Shown one piece after another: positions 43,059 through 53,697 of a stretch of DNA of 64,000 bases. Under the pieces are notes generated by a model. That model worked only from the letters and a program-made list of their open reading frames with translations, ran no database searches and was not told the DNA's origin. Positions within the stretch are counted from its first letter, which is position 1. Every line of letters starts with the position of its first letter. Location of the stretch: NCBI GenBank assembly GCA_963699175.1, contig OY969418.1:2205352-2269351 (forward strand), given 5' to 3'. The translations under genes and the position numbers were made by a program. Source of the stretch: an uncultured Acidobacteriota bacterium. GTDB lineage: Bacteria > Acidobacteriota > Blastocatellia > RBC074.

Positions 43059-43120
43059 TTTTCAGCAGCTTCACTATAAGCATTTCCCAAATTCACTAAT
43101 TACCTAAGAGGAGAGGATGT

Positions 43121-46100
43121 ATGCCAAGAACAAGTTTTTCCCAGCGTTGCCTGACCGCGCTGACATTGGCCGTCGCCCTGATCGCGCTTTCGTTGACGGC
43201 CTTGGCGCAGACCAACGCGCGCATCGCCGGCACAGTCAAAGATCAGACCGGCGCGGTTGTGCCCAACGCCACCATTACCGTGAAGAATACACGCACTGGC
43301 GAAGAGCGCACCTCCACCAGCAATGGTGACGGCGTGTTTATCGTGCCCGCGCTCAAGCCCTCGGTTTATAACTTACAGGTAACCGCGGGCGGTTTCGCCA
43401 AGACTGAATACACCAACATTGAACTGGTCGTCGGCCAGGCGCTCGACCTGGATGCAGAGTTGAAACCTGTGGGCGCTAGCGAAACCATCAATATCGCCGC
43501 CGGTGAAGAGGCCGCACTCGATACGTCATCAGCGCGCATGGGCGCGAACGTGAATGAGACTGAAGTCAAAAGCCTGCCGCTCAATGGCCGCCAGTTGTCG
43601 CAGCTCTATCTGCAAGCGCCCGGCTCGCTCAACAGCGGTTCAGGCACCTTCGGCGACATTCGCTTCAGCGGGCGCGCAGTAGAACAGAATGCAGTTCGTT
43701 ACGATGGCGTCGAAGGCTCGGCCATCATTGACGCCAGCCCGGGCAATTTGAACGGTGAGATCGCTTCGCCCTTCCGGCTGCAAGCCTCTTTGGAAAACGT
43801 GCAAGAGTTCCGCGTGGATTCCAACAGCTATCCGGCGGAGTACGGCACGGGCACGGGCGGACAGGTCAACGTCGTCACCAAATCCGGTTCGAACAGGTTT
43901 CACGGTTCGGTCTTTGAGTATCTGCGCAACGACAAGCTCGATGCGCGCAACTTCTTTGACCGTGACTTCAAATCAAAACTGCGGCTCAATCAATTTGGCG
44001 CATCGCTGGGTGGGCCAATCGTCAAAGACAAGTTCTTCTTCTTTGGCAGCTACGAAGGCTATCGCGTGCGTTCGGGCATCAACATCGTGGAAGGCGTGCC
44101 GAAATTGTCGCGCTGCGCCACGGCTGTCGCGGCGGTGCGCCCGTTGTGTGAAGGCGCGTTTCTGGCTACGGGTGGAATTCGCATCGTGACCGACCCTAAC
44201 ACCAGCCCGGATTTCGACATCGGCCAGTTGCTGGCCAGCAATCCGGTCAATGAAAACTCCGGCGCTGTGCGCTTTGATTTCAAGCCTAATGCCAACAATT
44301 CATTCTACGTGCGCTTCTTCCGCGACCAGGGCGACAATGATCAGCCGCAGAACGTTTCCGGCGCGCGTGCGGTTTACAAATATGTGCCGCAAAATGGCGT
44401 CGCCGCCTGGCAAACCACTATCGGCAGCACCAAGATCAACGAGGTCAAGCTGGGCTACAACTCGGCTTACACGCGTGTGGCTGGCTTCGCGCCAACCATT
44501 GGCGGGATTGACCTCTCAGCGGTGACGCTCAACCTTTCTGGCAGTGTCGCGCTCGCGAATATTCCCGGCCAGGGCAATTCAGCCGGTCTCTCGATTCCGG
44601 GCGGGCTGTTCCGCCTCAATTCGGCGACCAACGGACGCGGCGCGCCGTACACGCCCTACACCATCGGCTTGTTTGATAACTTTAGCTGGTTGCGCGGCAA
44701 TCATTCGCTCAAGTTCGGCGGCGAGTTGCGTTTCATCCGGCTCTATACGGATCGGCTCGGTGGTACGACTTACTCTTACTCGAATCTAGCCAGCTTCCTG
44801 ACCAACACTGCGGCCACTGTGCAATATGCCGGGGACGTAAGCGCTCCCAGCGCATTCAACAACGGCGCAACCGGCCAGCGTTTTGCCAAGCAGGAGTACT
44901 ACATCGCCTACGCGCAGGACGAGTGGAAGATCAAATCGAATCTGACCTTCAACTACGGACTGCGTTATGAGTTCTACTCGCCGTTGCGCGAGGATCAGGA
45001 TCGGCAAGTGGTCTTTGACATTGATAAAGGCGTGATCTTGCCGTCGGACACGACTGTCTATAAAGCCTTGAAGACCAACTTTGCGCCGCGCTTGGCGCTG
45101 ACCTGGTCGCCCAATGAAAAAGGCACGGGCTTTTTCGGCGGCGGCAGGACGGTCATTCGCGGTGGCTTCGGCCTCAACTACGGCCCCGGTCAGACTGAAG
45201 ACCAGATTCAGCCGATTGAATCCGACCGCGTCAGCTCAACGCTGAGCAACGTGACCAATGCGTTCCCGGCCAATATCGCAACGATCGTGGCCAACTTCAA
45301 CGCCAATCCCAACAATCGTTCTTACCAGCCGCGCGCTTACGACCGCGCCAATTACGAAGTGCCGGAGCGCGTCTTCTCCTACTCGGTTTCGCTCCAACAG
45401 GAACTGCCCTATAAATTGGCGCTCACGCTTGCTTATGTGGGCAGCCAAGGGCGCAACCTCTTCCTGCGCAGCGTGGCCAATCAGATCACGCAGGTCTTGA
45501 CCAACGTCAACCCGGCCAACGCGGCCATCGTCATCCGCGAATTCTCCATCGTTACGCCGGGCGCAGCAGGCCAGAATCCGACTGTGCTCAATCCGTTTGC
45601 CGAAGTTGACTACAAACGCAGCGGCGGGCACGACAGCTACAACGCCTTACAGATGACGCTGGCGCGCCGCTTCAACAGCGGTGTGACGCTTAACGCGCAA
45701 TACACTTTCGGGCGCAGCTACGGCAACACTGCCGGCTCGAACGAAGCTTTGACGGCGGGCAACATCGCGCGCAAGACGGCGGACTTCGATTACGACGATG
45801 GCTACAACAACTTCGACGTGCGCCATACATTCAACGTCAGCGCCATCTACGCGCTGCCCTGGGGCAAGTCTCTGACAGGCATCCACAAGACGCTGCTCGG
45901 CGGTTGGGAGGTCGGCACGATCATGAACTCGCGCAGCGGCATCCCCATCCCGGTGCAGGTCACGCGCCCGGACATCATTTATGTGGATGCGGCAGGTCTC
46001 TACTACGGCAACCCGGCGGCTGGTCGCACGGCGGTAATCAACACGCCGGGCGGCGGCAATTCACGCAATGTGCGCCGTCCTGATCTGCTTCCCGGCGTTA

Positions 46101-46492
46101 GTCCGTTCCTCAATCAGGATCGTACGATCCTCAATCCAGCGGCCTTTGCGATTCCGAAGCCTGGCACGTACGGCAATCTCGAGCGCAACTCGATACACGG
46201 GCCGAGTTTCTTCCAACAAGACTTGATCGTGGCCAAGAAGTTCGCCATCACCGAGTCGGTCAACCTCGAATTCCGCTCGGAGTTCTTCAACATCTTCAAC
46301 GTGACGAACTTTGCCAATCCACCCGCGCAGTTGCCCAACACTTACGGCGCTGGGGCGACATTGCAACCCGGGCAGCCTTTCACGACGGCACTGGCAGGCA
46401 GCGCCTTCGGCGTGGTCAATCGCACCGTAGAGCGTGTGGTCGGCTTGGGCACGAACCGGCAGATTCAGTTCGCACTGCGGCTCAATTTCTAA
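43121..46492 (+). CDS. TonB-dependent outer-membrane receptor with N-terminal carboxypeptidase-regulatory-like domain
   Basis: GGAGAGGA RBS. Signal peptide. NARIAGTVKDQTGAVVPNATITVKNTRTGEERTSTSNGDGVFIVPALKPSVYNLQVTAGGF (CarboxypepD_reg). 1123 aa ending ...QFALRLNF. Confidence 0.85.
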   Translation: MPRTSFSQRCLTALTLAVALIALSLTALAQTNARIAGTVKDQTGAVVPNATITVKNTRTGEERTSTSNGDGVFIVPALKPSVYNLQVTAGGFAKTEYTNIELVVGQALDLDAELKPVGASETINIAAGEEAALDTSSARMGANVNETEVKSLPLNGRQLSQLYLQAPGSLNSGSGTFGDIRFSGRAVEQNAVRYDGVEGSAIIDASPGNLNGEIASPFRLQASLENVQEFRVDSNSYPAEYGTGTGGQVNVVTKSGSNRFHGSVFEYLRNDKLDARNFFDRDFKSKLRLNQFGASLGGPIVKDKFFFFGSYEGYRVRSGINIVEGVPKLSRCATAVAAVRPLCEGAFLATGGIRIVTDPNTSPDFDIGQLLASNPVNENSGAVRFDFKPNANNSFYVRFFRDQGDNDQPQNVSGARAVYKYVPQNGVAAWQTTIGSTKINEVKLGYNSAYTRVAGFAPTIGGIDLSAVTLNLSGSVALANIPGQGNSAGLSIPGGLFRLNSATNGRGAPYTPYTIGLFDNFSWLRGNHSLKFGGELRFIRLYTDRLGGTTYSYSNLASFLTNTAATVQYAGDVSAPSAFNNGATGQRFAKQEYYIAYAQDEWKIKSNLTFNYGLRYEFYSPLREDQDRQVVFDIDKGVILPSDTTVYKALKTNFAPRLALTWSPNEKGTGFFGGGRTVIRGGFGLNYGPGQTEDQIQPIESDRVSSTLSNVTNAFPANIATIVANFNANPNNRSYQPRAYDRANYEVPERVFSYSVSLQQELPYKLALTLAYVGSQGRNLFLRSVANQITQVLTNVNPANAAIVIREFSIVTPGAAGQNPTVLNPFAEVDYKRSGGHDSYNALQMTLARRFNSGVTLNAQYTFGRSYGNTAGSNEALTAGNIARKTADFDYDDGYNNFDVRHTFNVSAIYALPWGKSLTGIHKTLLGGWEVGTIMNSRSGIPIPVQVTRPDIIYVDAAGLYYGNPAAGRTAVINTPGGGNSRNVRRPDLLPGVSPFLNQDRTILNPAAFAIPKPGTYGNLERNSIHGPSFFQQDLIVAKKFAITESVNLEFRSEFFNIFNVTNFANPPAQLPNTYGAGATLQPGQPFTTALAGSAFGVVNRTVERVVGLGTNRQIQFALRLNF

Positions 46493-46530
46493 CCCACCTA
46501 CAAGGACACAATCCCGTTAAAGACTCCAAC

Positions 46531-46569
46531 GGGCTGCTGAAGTTCTCCCTTCGGCAGCCCGCTTTTTAT
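46531..46569 (+). terminator. rho-independent terminator after the TonB receptor gene
   Basis: gggctgc...gcagccc stem followed by TTTTTATTT. Confidence 0.6.
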
Positions 46570-46808
46570 TTCGATCAATAACGACAGCCGTTCCAGCCGC
46601 TCACCTTAAATATTTAACCTCGCCCTCTGTTTCCACATTTTTCTCTTACTCGACCGCAAAAAAGGCTTGCGCTGGCTGACTTCGGTGCTATTATCTGCGC
46701 CGCCTTACGTGGCTTTACGTTGATCTAACATCAAATTTACACCGTGTGTTAAGCGACCGCTCAAGAGCATCCTCCCGCCGCAGCACCAATTGAAAAGGAG
46801 GTCGTAGT

Positions 46809-47663
46809 ATGACCGGCAAGCAGTATCGTTTCCTTTTCCTCACCATCCTTTGGTTGAGTGGCCTGTGCCTCACAGGTTATGCGCAAAGCTCGCGCACGGA
46901 GTCTGCCGCTTCGTACCGTGCGCGCGGTAATCAATACTTACAACAAGGTGAATGGGAACGCGCGGTAGCGGATTACAGCCTAGCCATCGTGTTTGACCCG
47001 CAAGATGCTCTGAGTTATCTCAATCGCGGCATGGCGAAGTTTGAAATGCACGATCTGCCGGGCGCGATCAACGATTACAGTCGTGCGCTGACGTTGCAAC
47101 CACAGTTGGCGCAAGCTCCCTACAATCGCGGGCTGGCGCGCAAGGCGCAGGGTGATTTGGACGGCGCGTTGGCCGATTTCGATTTGGCATTACAACTGCA
47201 ACCACATTTGGCCGAAGCCTACAACAATCGCGGCAACGTGCGGCGGAGCAAAGGCGATCTAGCGGGTGCATTGAGCGATTACGCAGAGGCGCTCAAACTC
47301 AATCCGAAGCTCGCCGAAGTCTACAACAATCGCGCCAACATTCGGTTCGCTACGCGCGACTTGCACGGTGCGTTGAGCGATTACGAACAGGCGCTCAAAC
47401 TCAACCCGCAGTACGCAACGGCTTATCACAATCGCAGTCTGGTGCGGAAAGCGTTGGGAGATATTCAGGGCGCACTCAATGACCTCAATCAAGCTCTCGC
47501 ACTCGACCCGCAATTGCCGGATGCTTATCTGCAACGTGGCTTGCTCTACTGGCAGCAAGGCCAGCGCGAAGTGGCACAAAACGATTTTGACGAATGCGTG
47601 CGGCTCGCTCCGAATTTGCAAACGACGATTGAACGCCGTATGGCACAGAGCAACACACGCTGA
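46809..47663 (+). CDS. secreted tetratricopeptide-repeat protein
   Basis: Signal peptide. Seven tandem 34-aa TPR units (A..Y..RG....GDL.GAL.DY..AL.L.P). Confidence 0.75.
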   Translation: MTGKQYRFLFLTILWLSGLCLTGYAQSSRTESAASYRARGNQYLQQGEWERAVADYSLAIVFDPQDALSYLNRGMAKFEMHDLPGAINDYSRALTLQPQLAQAPYNRGLARKAQGDLDGALADFDLALQLQPHLAEAYNNRGNVRRSKGDLAGALSDYAEALKLNPKLAEVYNNRANIRFATRDLHGALSDYEQALKLNPQYATAYHNRSLVRKALGDIQGALNDLNQALALDPQLPDAYLQRGLLYWQQGQREVAQNDFDECVRLAPNLQTTIERRMAQSNTR

Positions 47664-47730
47664 GCACATCCATTGAGTAATTCCTTACGCTGACTTAACA
47701 CCAACCAAACCATGTCTGAGGTAGATTGAG

Positions 47731-47763
47731 GCCGAGAGTAGCTGATTGCTCTCGGCTTTTTTA
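47731..47763 (+). terminator. rho-independent terminator
   Basis: gccgagag..ctctcggc stem plus a T6 run. Confidence 0.55.
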
Positions 47764-47798
47764 TTCACCCAGAACTTTTCTAAAAGAGGAACAGCCCG

Positions 47799-48236
47799 AT
47801 GAATGGCTCTAGCGATAAAAAGCTCCGCGTCCTGATTCTCTGCACCGGCAATTCCGCGCGCAGCCAGATGGCTGAAGGCCTGTTGCGCCATGACGGCGGC
47901 GAACGATTTGAAGTTTACAGCGCGGGCACAAAGGCGAGTATTGTGCGGCCTGAAGCGATTCAAGCGATGCGCGAGATCGGCATTGACATCTCGCAGCACC
48001 GCTCAAAACAGCTCGATGAATTTTGGGGGCAGGAGTTCGATTACGTCATCACTGTCTGCGACCACGCGAACGAAGTCTGCCCCGTCTTCCCCGGCAAGAC
48101 ACGGCGCATTCATCAGAGCTTTGAAGACCCGCCTGCGCCCGGCGTCGGTACTGACGAATATCGGCTGAGCATCTTTCGGCGCGTGCGCGATGAGATACGA
48201 ACGTGGTTGCGGAGCTTCACCGCCGCTACCGAATGA
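47799..48236 (+). CDS. ArsC-type arsenate reductase / low-molecular-weight phosphotyrosine phosphatase family (thioredoxin-coupled type)
   Basis: P-loop CTGNSARSQMAEG. Second cysteine pair TVCDHANEVCPVF. Confidence 0.75.
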   Translation: MNGSSDKKLRVLILCTGNSARSQMAEGLLRHDGGERFEVYSAGTKASIVRPEAIQAMREIGIDISQHRSKQLDEFWGQEFDYVITVCDHANEVCPVFPGKTRRIHQSFEDPPAPGVGTDEYRLSIFRRVRDEIRTWLRSFTAATE

Positions 48237-48255
48237 AAATTGGCTGGAGACGCCA

Positions 48256-48285
48256 AGGGCGCACCATCGAGTGCGCCCTTTTTGA
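48256..48285 (+). terminator. rho-independent terminator
   Basis: agggcgcac..gtgcgccct stem plus a T5 run. Confidence 0.55.
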
Positions 48286-48333
48286 TTAGCGGTACTCTAA
48301 ATCAAAACATACAAGATTGGGACACACACTGGG

Positions 48334-48420
48334 TGCGGTATAAGTAGCGGTAGTGATCTGGTGTTGCGGGAGCGTACGCCTTGTGAGTTCACCAGGTCGC
48401 TACCGCTACCTGTACCGCAC
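48334..48420. repeat. palindromic intergenic element, family X copy 3 (inverted orientation, diverged arms)
   Basis: gtgcggtataagtagcggtagtgatctggtg ... caccaggtcgctaccgctacctgtaccgcac. The loop resembles the reverse complement of the copy-1 loop. Confidence 0.55.
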
Positions 48421-48464
48421 CAATGTTTACAGAAATCCTGGTGTCATCTCACCGCTATTCACTG

Positions 48465-51400
48465 CTATCTCACTGTGAAAGCGTTAGCTTTAGTGCTTGA
48501 GCCACCGTCAGGATTAGTGACCGTGACATCGCGCACCGACCTGATGGCATTGGTGGAAACTCTGATGGTGGCCGTCAATCTTGTGCTTGATTCGTACCTG
48601 GTAAAGATCGTTAGCCCAAAACCTTCAATGCTGATCTTAGCTTGCGGCACGAAGCCATCGCCGATAATGGTTAGCGTAATCCGCTCTCCTGGATCGGCAA
48701 AGCCTGGATAGATCTGATCAATCTTGATAGGAATACGAACTTGATGCGGTTCGTCAGATGAAGAACTGGCATTGAAGTTCGTGTCGCTTGCATAGCTCGC
48801 TCGCAACGTTCTAGCGCCAGCCGTGCTTAGCGTTAGCACACAACTCCCCGCAGTCACAGTGCCGGTGCAGGAATCTACCCCATCAGTTATGGTGACATTG
48901 CCTGTCAGTGTACCGCTGCCCGAAGCGTTAGCAGCAACCTGATAATTGACTGTCACCTGCTGGCCAACCAGAGATGGATCAGGCGTATCGGCGATGATCG
49001 TAGTCGTCGTGTTTGCTCGCGCTATCGAGAAAGTCCGCGCGACGTCCGGGGCCGGGCTGAAGTTCGCGTCGCCCGCTTGTGAAGCGGTGATAATGCAGCT
49101 TCCGGCTCCGGTGAGTGTGACAACGGCTCCATTCACCGTGCAATTGCCGCTCGCCGCAAATGACACAGGAAGCCCTGAGCTGGCAGTAGCCGACACCGCG
49201 AAAGGAGCATCGCCAAAAGTCTTGTTCGCTAACTGAGCGAAACTGATCGTCTGGGTTGGAGTATCAATGATGGTGACGGTCGCGGTGCCATTCGCGCCGA
49301 CATCATAGCTACCCGTGTCTCCCAGGATCAGAGTTAAAGTTTCATTGCCTTCCACCAGGTTATCTTTGACCGGTGTGATCGTGATTTCGACAAATGATTG
49401 GCCGGCAGGGATCGTTGCCGCGCCCGTGAGCGTTGGCGTGTAATCAGCGCTCGTGGCCTGTCCTGGCCCAGTGGCGATGGTGTAGCTGGCAGTCAACGGC
49501 CCAAGCAAGCTGCCAGTGCGAGTAATGCGGAAAGTACCGGTGTTGTTTCCAGTTTCCGCCGCGTTGGCGTCTGTGGCCGTGATGTTGATGATCGGTGTTG
49601 ACGAAGCGCCGATGGTTCCGGGAGAGCCGATTTCAGTGCTGTCATTTGCTGCGGCGAACGCGCCATTGCCCCCAACCGCACTCAAAAGCGAAATAGTAGT
49701 GTTGTTCAGTCCAGCCGCATTATCAAAGGTCGGGAATGGGCCGGTGGGAGAAGCGCCAAAGGTCACGCTTGCCTGCACCGCACCTGCGCTGTCGAACAGA
49801 TTGACCTGATCGCCTCCGGTGCTTAGGCCGATGCCTGCGCCGCTGTAGCTGCCGATTCGCAGGCTGGTCGGCGGATTGGCGCCGAACCAAAGAGTCTTGA
49901 AGGCGGCGCTCTTGCCGGCGAGATCGGTGGTTTCCAGGAAAATTACCGATTCGCCAGGGGCAATGCTGGTGATGCCATTCAACTCTACCGCGGTATTGAA
50001 TGAGCGCGAGTCATCGTCCACCCTCCAGCCGACGATGGTCGCAGTGGCGGTGCCTACGTTCGTTACCTCGAACCAATCAACGGCAAGACTGGGAACGCTA
50101 TTGCCGCTTGACCAGGGTGCCACCTCGGAAATGATGAGCGAGGCGCTTCCACCCACAGAGGGTGTAACCATCAGGATATAGTTAGTGGTTGCATCCGGTG
50201 TGCTGCCGACTGCGGGGTCATCTACATTGACGGCGACGTTGTAGGCGGGCTTGACCGTAGAGTTTAGAGCGACTCCCGCTTTCAGATACAACGCCGTACC
50301 GATAATCTGGAAAGCATTAGCGTCTGTTCCGGTAACAGTCAGGTTGTTGCGCCCAAGTCCGTCGTCAGTAACGATAATGTCCGCCAATTTAACTGGTGCC
50401 GCGGTGCTGGTATTTGCCGGAATCGAAGTGACAGTATTGTTCAGCCTGATTGCAGTTGGCGCTAGGTTCGGAGCGGTGGACGGCGCATAAACCCAAAGCT
50501 GCGGATGATCCATGTCACCGCCGCCATTCTCGCTCACCACGTAAAGGTTGCCATCGCGATCCATCGTCAAGCCTTCATGAGTCTGGTCAGCAACAGACAA
50601 AGGATTGCCGGGATCGGCGACGATCGTCATCCTACTGAAGACGGTTCCGGATCGGTCAGTGTTAATGATCTGACCTGATTCCTGGCTCAACACTAGCAGA
50701 TGGCTGAAATCGGGTTGTCCAGTCAGGGACGGCAGATTCGACAGCGCGAACACGTCAGAAAAGTCCGCCAGGTTGGCCAAAGCCGGATTGAACAGATTGG
50801 TCGAACCCGTTGCTGTCGGCGAACCGTTGGTCGCGGTTTTAGCGACAAAATCAATACCGGTCTGGAAAATTGATTGTGGGTCCGCCTCTTTGACGAAAAT
50901 AAATCCGCTGGTCAGCGGATCATAGGAGAGGCCTTCAAGCCCAATGTTTCCGATTGTCGTGCCGAGTTTGACGGTTTGCACGTCAGTTCTACGCAGAATG
51001 CCGCCGCCTACATACGTGAACAAATTGACTTGCCGGTCTCTCTCCTCTACCAACACGAACTTGCCGCCGCCCACATAAGTGATGCCTTCCGGATCGAAAA
51101 ATTCCGTGCCCTGTGCGCTTGAACCAGGAGCCAGCGTCATGGTGTCAATCAGTTGCCCGGTTTTCGTGACCTGAGTCACGGAGGTGCCGCCATCGCCTGT
51201 GATAAACAAGGTATCGGTGTCCCAGTTGTAGGTCACCCCCGAGGCTTCTTGCGCCAGCACATTGTTGGGTGGATGGGCAGTCCGCGTAGGTTCAGGCAGA
51301 TCGAAGCGGCCGATCCTGACATACGTGGATAGATCAACTGAGGTAACTGGTGCTGCGGCCCTGGTAACATGTCCGCCTAGCCCTGCCTGGACACGTTGAA

Positions 51401-51479
51401 TTGAAAGGCCCGCGACCGTGCCGAGCACGAGGGCAATCATAAGTAGGAAGGCAAATAGTTTGGAAAATCCTTTGTTCAC
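48465..51479 (-). CDS. large secreted multidomain surface protein (beta-propeller/phytase-like N-domain, lamin-tail-like domain, Calx-beta, Ig-like repeats, C-terminal IPT/TIG)
   Basis: Signal peptide MNKGFSKLFAFLLMIALVLGTVAG. LTD-like LIISEVAPWSSGNS...DWFEVTNVG...GWRVDDD. Calx-beta-like TFRITRTGSLLGPLTASYTI...ADYTP...VEGNETLTLIL. Terminal IPT-like ...VTVTNPDGGSS...FTV. Domain names are from memory. Confidence 0.7.
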   Translation of the reverse strand: MNKGFSKLFAFLLMIALVLGTVAGLSIQRVQAGLGGHVTRAAAPVTSVDLSTYVRIGRFDLPEPTRTAHPPNNVLAQEASGVTYNWDTDTLFITGDGGTSVTQVTKTGQLIDTMTLAPGSSAQGTEFFDPEGITYVGGGKFVLVEERDRQVNLFTYVGGGILRRTDVQTVKLGTTIGNIGLEGLSYDPLTSGFIFVKEADPQSIFQTGIDFVAKTATNGSPTATGSTNLFNPALANLADFSDVFALSNLPSLTGQPDFSHLLVLSQESGQIINTDRSGTVFSRMTIVADPGNPLSVADQTHEGLTMDRDGNLYVVSENGGGDMDHPQLWVYAPSTAPNLAPTAIRLNNTVTSIPANTSTAAPVKLADIIVTDDGLGRNNLTVTGTDANAFQIIGTALYLKAGVALNSTVKPAYNVAVNVDDPAVGSTPDATTNYILMVTPSVGGSASLIISEVAPWSSGNSVPSLAVDWFEVTNVGTATATIVGWRVDDDSRSFNTAVELNGITSIAPGESVIFLETTDLAGKSAAFKTLWFGANPPTSLRIGSYSGAGIGLSTGGDQVNLFDSAGAVQASVTFGASPTGPFPTFDNAAGLNNTTISLLSAVGGNGAFAAANDSTEIGSPGTIGASSTPIINITATDANAAETGNNTGTFRITRTGSLLGPLTASYTIATGPGQATSADYTPTLTGAATIPAGQSFVEITITPVKDNLVEGNETLTLILGDTGSYDVGANGTATVTIIDTPTQTISFAQLANKTFGDAPFAVSATASSGLPVSFAASGNCTVNGAVVTLTGAGSCIITASQAGDANFSPAPDVARTFSIARANTTTTIIADTPDPSLVGQQVTVNYQVAANASGSGTLTGNVTITDGVDSCTGTVTAGSCVLTLSTAGARTLRASYASDTNFNASSSSDEPHQVRIPIKIDQIYPGFADPGERITLTIIGDGFVPQAKISIEGFGLTIFTRYESSTRLTATIRVSTNAIRSVRDVTVTNPDGGSSTKANAFTVR

Positions 51480-51594
51480 GGTTTATCTCCTAGATAAAAA
51501 GTCGTGCGATCAGAATTGAAGTTCGTTTGTGAGAGATGGAAATGCGTCAAGGTAACCGGTCTGTAGCAAATCCGCTAGCTTTGACTTCGATCAG

Positions 51595-51879
51595 CTACAG
51601 ACCGATGGGCATAATATTGGCGATGAACTGCCCGCGTTCATTAGTTGTCAGCGTGTGCGTGTAGCCGGTCTCGCTATTGCGCACGATCACCGGCGCGTCG
51701 GCAACAACTTTTGCGTCGAGCGCAGTGACGATGTCTTCAACAGTGGCGCTGTCCGAATCGGACTGCGCGCGCACGGTGGTGAAGAGCGCAGAGACGCCGA
51801 ACAACGTAGCGGCAAGCAGGAAATAGAATTTCGCCTTATCGCAACACGACGGTTGTGCCCGAGTGGGTACTGGACGCAT
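51595..51879 (-). CDS. small secreted protein with carboxypeptidase-regulatory-like fragment (doubtful)
   Basis: 94 aa. VIVRNSETGYTHTLTTNERGQF resembles a CarboxypepD_reg strand pair. Could be a receptor remnant. Confidence 0.25.
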   Translation of the reverse strand: MRPVPTRAQPSCCDKAKFYFLLAATLFGVSALFTTVRAQSDSDSATVEDIVTALDAKVVADAPVIVRNSETGYTHTLTTNERGQFIANIMPIGL

Positions 51880-52429
51880 CGGTAACCTCCCTGGTAATAG
51901 CTTAATGGTAGCCCGGTTGTGGTTCGAAGCTTGTGAATAGACATTACTGCTGGAATACAGTCAAGCAAGTTAGCAGGCGCGGGTAAAATCGGCGTTAATC
52001 ACGGCTCAAATCCTGCTTAAGCTTGCCGGGGGGTAGCCAACGGAATTGGATAGTGGCTCAAGCGGGTGAGGCGACGAGAGATTTTAGCGCTGTAGAAAGA
52101 GTCGCAAGCAAATGTAGCAATCACCCGTTGTAGCGTTGTTTTTGTTAAGCAGTTTTGCCATTCTTGACGGTGTTCAGCGCTGAACAAGCCGGACAAGAGA
52201 TTTCTTCATAGCACATAACAACAGAAGCATACCTTGTCTGGACTGTTTAATCCGCTCATCATCATTCTCAAACCACGACCGAACCTTTGACGGCGCGCGC
52301 CGATCATTCGTTTTCGTTTCAGTGGTGGAATCTATTGCTGAAGGCAATATAACCGGCGGCGACAGCACGTGGCTTCACCGCGAATGGGCGAGCCAAGCAA
52401 GTCTGAGGACGTTCTCTGGAGGTTCATTG

Positions 52430-53419
52430 ATGAGAGTTCTGATCACCGGCGGCGCCGGTTTCATTGGCTCACACTTGGCAGATCAGCATCATAAGCGCGG
52501 CGACGAGGTCTACATTATTGATGACCTTTCGACCGGAGCTATGGAGAATATCGAACAACTGAAAGGCTTGCCCCGTTTTCACTACCATCTGGATACGGTC
52601 ACTAATCAACGCTTGACGGCTGAGTTAGTGGATACCTGTGACGTGATCTATCACTTGGCGGCGGCGGTCGGTGTACGCTTAATAGTGGAAAGCCCGGTAC
52701 GCACCATCGAGACGAATATTCGCGGCACTGAAGTCGTACTTGAGCTTGCCGCCAAGAAACGCAAGCGCGTGCTGGTCGCTTCAACTTCTGAGGTTTATGG
52801 CAAACGCAACACTACGCCTTTCAGCGAAGACGATGACTTGATCCTGGGACCGACCAACAAGGGGCGTTGGAGCTACGCCTGCTCGAAGGCGATTGATGAA
52901 TTTCTGGCGATTGCCTACTGGAAAGAGAAACGTGTCCCGACCGTAATTGCGCGACTCTTCAATACGGTCGGGCCACGCCAAACAGGACAGTATGGAATGG
53001 TGATTCCGAGCCTAGTGCGTCAAGCGCTCAAGGGCGAAGCCATCACCGTTTACGGCGACGGCTCACAAACGCGCTGCTTCACCCACGTCACGGACGTCGT
53101 CGGCGGGTTGATGAAATTGTGCGAACACCCGCAGGCGGTCGGCGAGGTTTACAATATCGGCGGCAATCAGGAAGTGTCTATTCTGGAGTTAGCCGAACGC
53201 ATCAAATCATTGACCGGCTCCGCTTCACCTATCGTTTTCATACCATATCACGAAGCATACGAGACTGGCTTTGAAGATATGCTGCGGCGCGTGCCCGATC
53301 TCACCAAGCTCCAACGTCTGATTGGCTACGAGCCGCAGCACACGCTGGATGACATTCTGCGCAGCGTGATTGATTATCAACGAACCAAAATGGACATTCT
53401 CCCTTCGACCTATTCCTAG
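52430..53419 (+). CDS. NAD-dependent epimerase/dehydratase (extended SDR) nucleotide-sugar enzyme
   Basis: GGAGGT RBS. Start MRVLITGGAGFIGSHL (Rossmann GxxGxxG). Catalytic YACSKAIDE (YxxxK). Confidence 0.85.
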   Translation: MRVLITGGAGFIGSHLADQHHKRGDEVYIIDDLSTGAMENIEQLKGLPRFHYHLDTVTNQRLTAELVDTCDVIYHLAAAVGVRLIVESPVRTIETNIRGTEVVLELAAKKRKRVLVASTSEVYGKRNTTPFSEDDDLILGPTNKGRWSYACSKAIDEFLAIAYWKEKRVPTVIARLFNTVGPRQTGQYGMVIPSLVRQALKGEAITVYGDGSQTRCFTHVTDVVGGLMKLCEHPQAVGEVYNIGGNQEVSILELAERIKSLTGSASPIVFIPYHEAYETGFEDMLRRVPDLTKLQRLIGYEPQHTLDDILRSVIDYQRTKMDILPSTYS

Positions 53420-53697
53420 CCCTGGCTGACGCAGGAACACCTATGCTTCTTATCCCTGGTTTTGTATTCTGCTCCCAGGCTTAGCCCTTAGGCACTGTCT
53501 TCGCAGCTCGCCACCGCTGCCCGCTTCATCAGGAAAAAACTGCGAAGATAGAGGTCGTCAGATACCCACAACTTTGTCGCTGCCCTTCTTTCTTTGGGCT
53601 TTTACCGATTGAGTTACACGACTTGGAAAGTTATCCCCTTGCGTAGAGTGTCCGTCAAAGTTTTGCACACGGGGAAACGGACTGTTCGGCACGCGTA

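Noticed and set aside
51890-52420. ~500-bp gap upstream of the epimerase gene as a possible ncRNA (tmRNA, RNase P or 6S)
   Set aside because: I could not recognise any hallmark motif of these RNAs (tmRNA tag reading frame, P4 pseudoknot). It remains unassigned rather than called.
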